64,000 bases of DNA from Melittangium boletus DSM 14713 (GTDB taxonomy: Bacteria > Myxococcota > Myxococcia > Myxococcales > Myxococcaceae). Location of the stretch: positions 7,131,765 to 7,195,764 of the forward strand of contig NZ_CP022163.1 in the NCBI RefSeq assembly GCF_002305855.1. The letters run 5' to 3'. Under the pieces are notes generated by a model. It did not search any database. It was not told where the DNA came from and saw nothing but the letters and a program-made list of their open reading frames with translations. The position numbers and the translations under genes were made by a program. This document shows positions 28,601 to 37,600 of the stretch, piece after piece (position 1 is the stretch's first letter; each line of letters begins with the position of its first letter).

Positions 28601-31600
28601 GCCAGGACCACGGGCATGGACGAGGCCACGCTCGAGCCCCGCTGCCGCGCCAGCTCGCGCACGACCTGGATGCCGCTCACCTGCGCGTGCTCCATGTCGT
28701 TCCACAGCTGGGTTTGCAGCGCGCGCACCCGCTTCTCGAACGCGATGGGCTCGCGATTGTCGACCTCGAGGAGGATGGTGGTGCTGAAGTTGCCGACCAC
28801 TTCCTGGATCTGTGGATGCCAGGAGGGGCGGTTCTGATAGAGCAGATTCAAGGTGAAGTGAGGGCTCTCGCTGAACTCCGCGATGGCCTCGGCATAGACC
28901 GCCGCGACCAGCGCGGCCGGGGTCAAGCCCGCGGCGCGGGCCCGCCGCTTGAGGGCATCCCATGAGGCCCGGGGCAGCAGGCCCTCATGTCGCTCGAAGG
29001 CCGAGCCTCCGTCACTCGAACCCTTGCCCTGGGCGTTGCTGGCCCGGGGCAGGTTCGGCGCCAGCGGCAGCGTGGCCAGGCGATTGCGCCAGTAGGTCTC
29101 GGCACGCTCGAACGCCGGCGTCACGCGGGCAGCGCGCAACGTGTTGACGTAGTCGCGGTAGTCGACGGTGACAGCCGGGAGTTCGGCGTTCGCATCGCGG
29201 TATAGCAGGTCGAGATCGCGGATGAAGATCCGGCCGCTCTGGAGATCGCCGAGCAAGAGCGGAAAGCCCAGGTGGATGCGGTAGCGCCGGGCGTCAAGTC
29301 GATGCACGCGCAAGGCCAGCGTGGGCCAGGTATCGGCCGACAGACCCCGGGATGCGTGCTCGAGCTCGGTCCGCAGCAACGTGGCCGAGCGCTCCTCCTC
29401 CGTGAGGCCGCTCAGGTCCACGAGGTCGACGCGGAAGCGCGGCGTCTGGGGCAGGACTTGCTGGAGGCCGTCCTTGCGGATGACCGCGCGCAACATGGGG
29501 TGCCGCTCGATGACCTTCTGAAAGGCGCGCTCGAACCGCTCGACGTCGAGATCCAGGATCTCATGCTCGAGATAGGCCACGCCCGGCAGGCCGCCACCGG
29601 ACAGCGAATCGGACTGACCCAGCCAGTAGGCCTGTTGCAGGTCGGTGAGCTCGAAGGGCTCGTGGCGATGGGTGGGCTCGGACTTGACGATGATCGCACC
29701 CGCCTCGCTTGGCGCCGAGGCCGATGTGCTCCTGGCCTGCTTGTCGGCGATCACCCGCGCCAGCTGCCTGATGGTCGGGGCCTCGAAGAGCACGCCCAGG
29801 GTCAGCTCCACGCCAAAGTGTTCGCGGATGCGAGCGACCATCCGAACCGCCGAGAGCGAGTGACCCCCCAGCGAGAAGAAGTCCTGATCGAGGCCGATGT
29901 TGGGCACGCCCAGGAACTCCCGCCAGATGTCGATCAGGGTCGCCGTCGGCCCCTGGGCCGTCGTCTGGCCCGAGGTGGGCGCGCTGGTACGCCCAGGCTC
30001 CTGGGCGTTGGCCGCGGGGCCCGAGGTCTTGTGGTTGCCCACCTGAAGCTCGGTGCGCTCCACGAGCTCAAGCGCTCCGCCAGCGCGATACCGGCCGAGA
30101 GCGCCAGTGCGATAGACGACACCCGGCCCGAAGGGGTTGGGCTGGAATCGCGAGCCCACCGCCACGCCCTCCCCGCCAACGAGGATCTCACCCACGTGCC
30201 CTTCGGGCGCCAGACGACCGCGGGCATCGACGACATAGACCGCGGCGTTGCTCAGCGCGGGGCCCACGGGAACGGTGAGACGGGCGAGGTGCGTCCTGTC
30301 CACGCGTTGCAGGTTGGACCAGACCGTGGTCTCGGTTGAACCGTAGCCGCTCCACACCGAGTGGCCGCGCTCGAGCAGCTCGGTCGCGAGCGAGCTCGGG
30401 AACATCTCGCCACTGGCGCAGAGCCGCATGCCCGGCTTGCCGCCCCAGCCCGCGTCGACCAGCGTCCTCCACAGGGAGGGGGTGGCCTGCATGAAATCGA
30501 TGGGATGGCGCTCGATGAGCGAGATGAGCCGCGCCGGGGTGAGCCGCTCCTCGGTGCTCGCCAGGAGCACCTTGCCTCCCCCGAGGAGCGGCAGGAGGAA
30601 GTCGGGAACCGACGTGTCGACGGAGGCCGGCGAGACGTTGAGAAGGGTCTCCGAGCCGTCCATGGCCAGCCGCTCGCTCGCCGCGGCGAGGAAGCGGGTG
30701 ACGTTGCGATGGCGCACCGGTACGCCCTGGGGCTTGCCGGTCGTGTCCGAGCCATACATCACGTACGCGATGTCGTCCGGTGCCGGGAGATTCGCCAGGG
30801 CCGTGTCCGGGTTGTCGTCACCGGTGAGAGAGTCGAGGGGAAGGTCGCGCACCGAGCCGCTCGCGACCACGTCCTCGTTGTTCTGGGCTACCCGGATGAC
30901 CGCGACGGCACCGGCCTCCGCGATGAGCTCGCGCAGTCGCGGGGCAGGGGACCGCGTATCGAGTGGGACATACGCCGCTCCGGCCGCCAGCACCCCGTGG
31001 ATGGCGGTCAGGAGCTCGAGCGAGGGCTCGAGGAGGAGCGCGACCCGGTCGCCGCGCTGGATGCCCTGCCGGGTCAGGGAACGGGCGATGGCGTGCGCGC
31101 GGCGGCCAAGCTCGGCGTAGGTGAGCCGTGCATCGCCCGCGATCGCCGCGATCCGCTCGCCGTGGGCGGCCGCCGCGTTGTTCAGGAGCGCGGAGAGGGT
31201 GTCGCCGGTGCCCGGAGGGGCGAGGCGGGGGGTGGCATGGGCCTCGAGGAAGGCCGCATCCGCGGCCTCGTCGCGCAGCGGCAGGTCGTAGACCTTGGCC
31301 TTGGCGTCGCGCACGAGCGCGCGGATCATGATCACGAACTGGTTCGCCAACGTCTCGATCGTGTTCCGGTCGAACAGCTGGCTGTTGTAGTCCCAGGAGA
31401 TGACGACCTCGCCGTTCACCTCCATGATGTTCGGCATCAAATCGTAGTCGACATAGCGCGGGCGGAACTCGAGCTGCTCGACGGTGAGCCCGTTGAGCCG
31501 CGGAAGATCGACCCGGTCCCAGTTGAAGGCCACCGAGAAGAAGGGCGCGCGGCTGGGATCGGCGCTCGACATCGCCTTGACCACGAGATCGCTGAAGGGG

Positions 31601-34600
31601 TAGCTCTGGTGATCGTAGGCATCCAGGAGCGTGGCGCGCAGGCGATCGAGATACGTGGCCACGCTGTCACCGAGCTCGAGCCGGCTCACGATCGGATAGA
31701 CGTTGGACAGGTATCCGACCATGGTCTCGCTCCCCTCGCGGCCACGGCCACCAAACGGCACACCCACCACCACCTGGTCCTGCCGGGCGACGCGATGAAA
31801 GAGCGCGGCGAACGCGCCGAGGACAACCATGAAATAGGTGCTGCGAATCTCCTGCGAGAAGCCCTTCAGGCGGGTGAAGAACGCGGCATCCAGCGTGAGC
31901 GTCACCCGATCGCCGTCATATGTCTTGGCCGGCGGTCGACAGCGGTCCGTGGGGAGTTCCAGCGCGGGAAGTCCCGCGCCTATCACTCGGAGCCAATATG
32001 CCTCCTCGCGGGCATATTCAGCCTCCTGATGCTGGGCGAGCCTCCAGCGGACGTGCTCGGGGAAGCTCGGGGCCGGAGGCAGCTCGGCGGCCTTGCGCGC
32101 ATCCGCGTAGAGCGCGGCGAGCTCCGTCAGGAGGATGCCGACCGAGACTCCGTCGCAGATGAGGTGATGGCTGGTGAGGATGAGCACATGCTCGGTCTCG
32201 GTATGCTTGACCACCGCCAGCCGGACGAGCGCCTCGGTGAGCTCGAAGGGCCGCTCGGCCTCGTCGGCCAGGAGTCCCTCCAATTGCCGTGCTCGCGGCT
32301 CCGGGTCCAGGGCCGACAAGTCGATCACCGGCACTTCGCTCAAACCCTTGACGAGCACGGACTGGCTCTCGCCATCGGCGGCGAACACGGTGCGCAGCGC
32401 CTCGTGGCGGGCGATGACGGCCGTGTAGGCACGTTGCATCGCCGCGATATCGAACGGACCGGTCAGGCGCAGCACGATGGTCTGCGCATAGGCCATCTGA
32501 CCATCGGCGCCCATGCGCGCGAGGAACCAGAGCATGCGCTGGTCCCCGGTGAGGGGCAGGCGAAGCGCGACCCGTTCACTGTCATCGTCGTCCGCGCTGC
32601 TCGCGAGGGCGGGCGTCGCCTTGGTCGAGGTCGCGCGCGGGCGGGCCGCGGAGTTGCCGACGCTGGGCATGACGATGGGCGCCGTCGACGTGTACGTGAG
32701 GGCGGTCCCCTGCGTCTTCTTGGCGGACTTGCGATAGCGCTCCTTGAGCTCCACGAGAGAGCGCAGGTGGTGGCGCACGTAGTCGTGCTCGACACCGAAG
32801 TCGATGAAGCAGGCGAGTTCGTCGACACCCGCGGCGACGAGCTGATCGACCACCGCGGCCGTGCTCTCCACGGTGCCGATGAGGGCGCTGCCCCCGACAT
32901 AGCGGTTGTAGGCCGCGTTCAGCAGGAACGCGCGATCCTCGGGAGTCAGGGTGTCGAAGTCGGCGGTGAGACCCTGGTCCCGGACCATCTGCTGGAACAG
33001 GCCCAGGGACGAGGCGAGGTAGCGGCCAAACGGCCCGCGGGCCTTCTCGCGCACCTCGTTCAGGTCCGTGCCCACCAGCGTATGCAGCAGCACGGTGACG
33101 TGGCCCCGGTCGGGGTCGAGGCCGGCCTCCTGGCGGGCCTGGCGGTAGACCCGGATGTTGTCCGCGATGTCGGAGATCTTCTGGCCAATCAGGTTGGTGA
33201 GGACACCCAGGCCGAGGCGGCCGGCCAGGGCCCACGTCTCGCGGTTGCCGAGCGTGGTGAGCCACACGGGCAGCGAGGCGCGGGTGGGACGGGGGAAGAT
33301 GCGGACATCGACGTCCTGCCCATTGGGTCCGGAAAACGGCACCGTGTTGGCGCGCCAGAGGTGTTGGAGCGCACCGAGGCGCTCGATCATCACCTCGCGC
33401 TTGCGCTCCCAGCTTTCCGGATCGAGGACGAAGTCATTGGCGTGCCAGCCCGAGGCCAGGGCGAGGCCCACGCGGCCATGGCTGAGGTTGTCGAGAACCG
33501 CCCACTCCTCGGCGACGCGGATCGGATGCTGGAGGGGGATGAGCACACTCGCGCGGAGATCCACCCGTTGCGTCTCTTGCGCGAGCGCCGCCGTGACCAC
33601 GGAGGGATTGGGCGAGAAGCCACCGAACGAGTGGAAATGCCGCTCGGGCAGCCATACCGCCTGGAAGCCATTCTCATCGGCGAACCGGGCCCCATCGAGG
33701 AGGAGGCTGTACTTGTCCGCCTGGGCGTCCTCGGCGAGGTCGCCGAAATAATAGAGGGAGAAGTCGATGGTGGACTCGCCGGAGCGGCGAGCGATGAAGC
33801 TGTCGTCGACGATGGGCGGAGGCATCGCGCGCGTCGGGGGCTTCGACCGCGCCGGTTCGGGCGCCCGTGCTCCCGGGCTGTCCGCGTCCTGGCGCATGGC
33901 ACGGCCGAGGAGCGAGCTACGGCCCGCATCGACTCCGCGGTGGCCGCTCGTCATGGGCGCCGAGGCCTTGGACTCGGCCACGGCTCGCGGTGCCGAGGTC
34001 ACGGGGCTGGCCGCCGCGGGCTTCGCGCCAGGGGAGGGACGCCCCGTCGCGCCGGAGCCCGGACCCCCCGACGCTCCACCTCCGGGGCCTTCCCGGCCGG
34101 GCCAGAACCCGCCGGCCTTCATCTCGGCCACGCTCTCATGCACGGCCCGGATGATGACATCCATGTCGGTGTCATCATGAGCCGTCGAGATGAAGCAGGT
34201 ACGTCCCTCCCACACGTACACGCCCTTCTCGATGAGGTGGTAGAAGAACAGGTCAATCTCGATCGGCTGGTAGACGAAGCTCAGGTTGCCCGATTGAGCG
34301 AAGCGGAAGAATGAACCGAAGTTGACCGCCATGAGCGGCACCTGGTTGTTCGTGAAGACCTCGTTCAGGATCTCCATCAACCGGTCGGCGCGCTGGTTGA
34401 GGTCGCGTTGCAGCTCGCCGCCCCTGTTCAGCATCTCCGTCAACGTGGCGTGGCAGGCCGTCATGGCCAACGGGTGTTTGCTGAACGTGCCCGCGGTGTA
34501 CGTGGTGTTCTCGTTGGGGGTGCTGTCATCCCCGTAGTTCCACATCCCCCCGTCGACCCGGTCCATGATGTCGCGTCGGCCCGCGATGACGCCGAGTGGC

Positions 34601-37600
34601 AGACCACCTCCGATGATCTTTCCGTAGGTCACCATGTCGGCCTGCACGCCGAACCACTCCTGCGAGCCGCCGAGGGCGATGCGGAAGCCGACCAGGATCT
34701 CGTCGAACACGAGGATGCTGCCGGTCTCGCGGGTGACCTCGCGCAGCGCCTGCAAGAACTCGGTCGGATGCAGGTCGGGACGGCGGTTCTGTACCGGCTC
34801 GACAATGACCGCGGCGAGCTCATGGCCGTGGGCGCGGATGGTGTCGATCGACCGCATGTTCGCGTAGGGCAGCACGATGATGTCATCGATCATCCGCTGG
34901 GGGGTGCCGATCGCCATCGGACGCGCCGTGACGCCTCCGCCCTCGACGTCGGGGGTCACCATCGTCCCGTCGAAGTGGCCGTGATAGGAGTTCTGGAAGA
35001 GCACCACCTTGGACCGGCCCGTGGCGGCTCGCGCGATGCGCATCGCGGTCATCACCGCTTCGGTGCCAGAGTTCAGGAACAGCACCCGGTCCATGCCCGT
35101 CGCGGTCGAGATCAAGCGGGCGCACTCCCCCGCGAGCTCGCTCGCGGGGCCGATCTGGTAGCCCTTGTCGATTTGCCCGGCGAGGGCCTCGCGCACGAAA
35201 TCAGGGTTGTGGCCGAACAAGGTGGCGCCAAAACCCATGGCGATGTCCACGTACTCGTTACCGTCCAGGTCCCAGATCCTCGAGCCCTTGGAGGCCGTGG
35301 CGACGATGGGGTACGTGAGCTCCTTGGTCTGCAGCCGGAATCCCGACGAGGACCTTCGGGTATTGACCAGCTTGTCGCGAGTCTCGGCCGCCATCTCCTT
35401 CGAGCGTCCGGTCTTCTGCGTGTAGCGCGCGGTGAAGCGCGCCAGGTACTCCTCCTGCTGGGGCGTGAGGCGGTTCGCCGGCCCGCGCGGAGCCGCTGCC
35501 GGACTGGCCGCGGGCTTCGTCCCGCCAAAGCGAGGCGGCTGATAAGAGGTGGTCGCGGCCGGCGCGGGCACACGCGCCGGTGCGGGGGCGGGTGCCGGTG
35601 CCGGTGCGAACGTCGCGGTGGGCCTTGGCGTTTCGGGCACGGGGGCGCGCCGGGGCGCGCTGGGCGTTGGTGGTGCCACCACCGGGGCCACGGGGGCCGG
35701 AGCGCGGGCCGTGTTCCCCGCGGGGCTGGCCGTATCGCCGTGTTTGGCGGCGACACTGGACGCCACGGGCGAGGCCTCGACCAGGTGGGCCGCGATCTGG
35801 TTCACCGTGAGATAGACTTCAAACAAGTCACGGACGGACATCCGGACCTGCCAGATTTCGGCCAGCTTCTTGATCGCCGACACCATGACGAACGAGTCGG
35901 CGCCCAGCTCAAGGAGCGGCGTATCCTGATCGAGGCGATCGGCATCCGTGGACAGCTGCTCGGCGAACAGCGCGCGGACAGCTCGGGCGGTTGCGGCAAC
36001 GGCTGTGTTGCCGCCAGGTGAAGCTTGATGGGTCGGAGCGTCGACTTGCATGGCTTCTTTCTTGCTCTCTACGGTTGTCTTACTGGCCCAGAAGCGAGTG
36101 CGTCTGAACGGGTAGGTGGGCAGGCTTACCCAACTCGGCGTCTTTCCAGGAAACAGGCCCTTCCAATCGAGCTCGACGCCGAGAGCGTGAAGGCTGGCGG
36201 CGGCGGAGGAGAAGGCGCGCTCGGGGTCGGAGGAATCCAGGGAGGAGAGGGCGGAGACGCCGGAGCGGGAGGAGCGGATGAGGCCGGACAAAACGGGGCG
36301 GGGGCCAATCTCCAGGAAGTGGGTGACTTTCTTGGAGACGAGGGCGTCGACGCCCTCGCGGAAGCGCACGGTGTGGCGCAGGTGCTGGGCCCAGTAGTCG
36401 GGGCCGAGCAGGCCCTCGGAGGCGAGGGAGCCGGTGAGGTTGGAGGCGAGGGGAAGGGAGGGAGGGAGGTGAGGGAGGAGGGAGGCGGCGGAGGAGAGGG
36501 CGGCCATGGCGGGTTGCATGGCGGCGGAGTGGAAGGCGTGGGAGACGTGGAGGCGGCGGGTGTTGTGGCCGGAGGACTCGAGGGAGAGGGAGAGCCTGTC
36601 GATGTCGGAGGAGGGGCCGGAGAGGACGCAGGACTGGGAGGAGTTGTCGGCGGCCAGCTCGAGGGAGGGGAAGGAGGAGAGGAGGGGAGAGAGGTCCGAG
36701 GCGCAGGAGAGGACGGAGAGCATGGAGCCGCCGGGAGGGAGGGCGGCCATGGCGCGGGAGCGGGCGAGGACGAGGGAGTAGGAGTCGTGGAGGGAGAGGA
36801 CGCCGGCGAAGTGGGCGGCGACGTACTCGCCGATGGAGTGGCCGATGAGGGCGGAGGGGGTGACGCCGAGGCTGCGCCAGAGGGAGCAGAGGGCGTACTC
36901 GAAGGCGAAGAGGGCGGGCTGGGCGAGGCCGGTGTCGGAGAGGGCGGCGTCGGAGGAGGAGAAGACGAGGGAGGAGAGGGACTGGCCGCCGGAGGCGTCG
37001 AGGTGAAGGGCGGCCACCTCGTCGAAGGCGGAGCGGAAGGAGGAGAAGCGCTTGTAGAGGGAGGCGCCCATGCCGGCGTACTGGGCGCCCTGGCCGCTGA
37101 AGGCGAAGCCCAACTGGACGCGGCCATTCTGCGGGGCCGTCCCACGCACCACGGTGGCCGAGACGCGGCCGGCGGCGAGGGCTTCCAGGCCGCGGGCCAG
37201 CTCCTCGTGGGTGCGGCCCACCACGGCGCCGCGCTCGCGGAAGGGGGAGCGGCCGGTGGCGGCGCTGAAGGCCCAGTCGCGGGGAGGGTGAGGACTTGTC
37301 GCCAGCGCCGTGGAATACCGCCGTGCCAACTCCCGCAGCGCCGTCTCGTCCTTGGCGGACAGCGGAATGCACACGGCGGGCATCTCGTCTCCCGCGATGG
37401 CCTCGTTCTTCCCCGCCGGTGCGGGTGCCTCCTCGAGGATGCAGTGGGCGTTGCTGCCGCTGATACCGAAAGAGCTCACCGCGGCACGCCGTGGCCGTCC
37501 CGTGCTCGGCCAGGACGCGAGACGCGCCGCGACTTGTACGGGAATGTTGTCCCAGTCGATTTCCCGGTTCGGCGTGGCGAAGTTGAGCTGAGGGGCTATC

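Noticed and set aside
30361-34314. 1317-aa plus-strand ORF antisense to the megasynthase, and the 537-aa and 724-aa plus ORFs at 34408-38199
   Set aside because: Antisense GC-rich open frames. The minus-strand frame carries an unbroken series of KS/AT/ACP/AMT/C/A/PCP/Cy/TE motifs.
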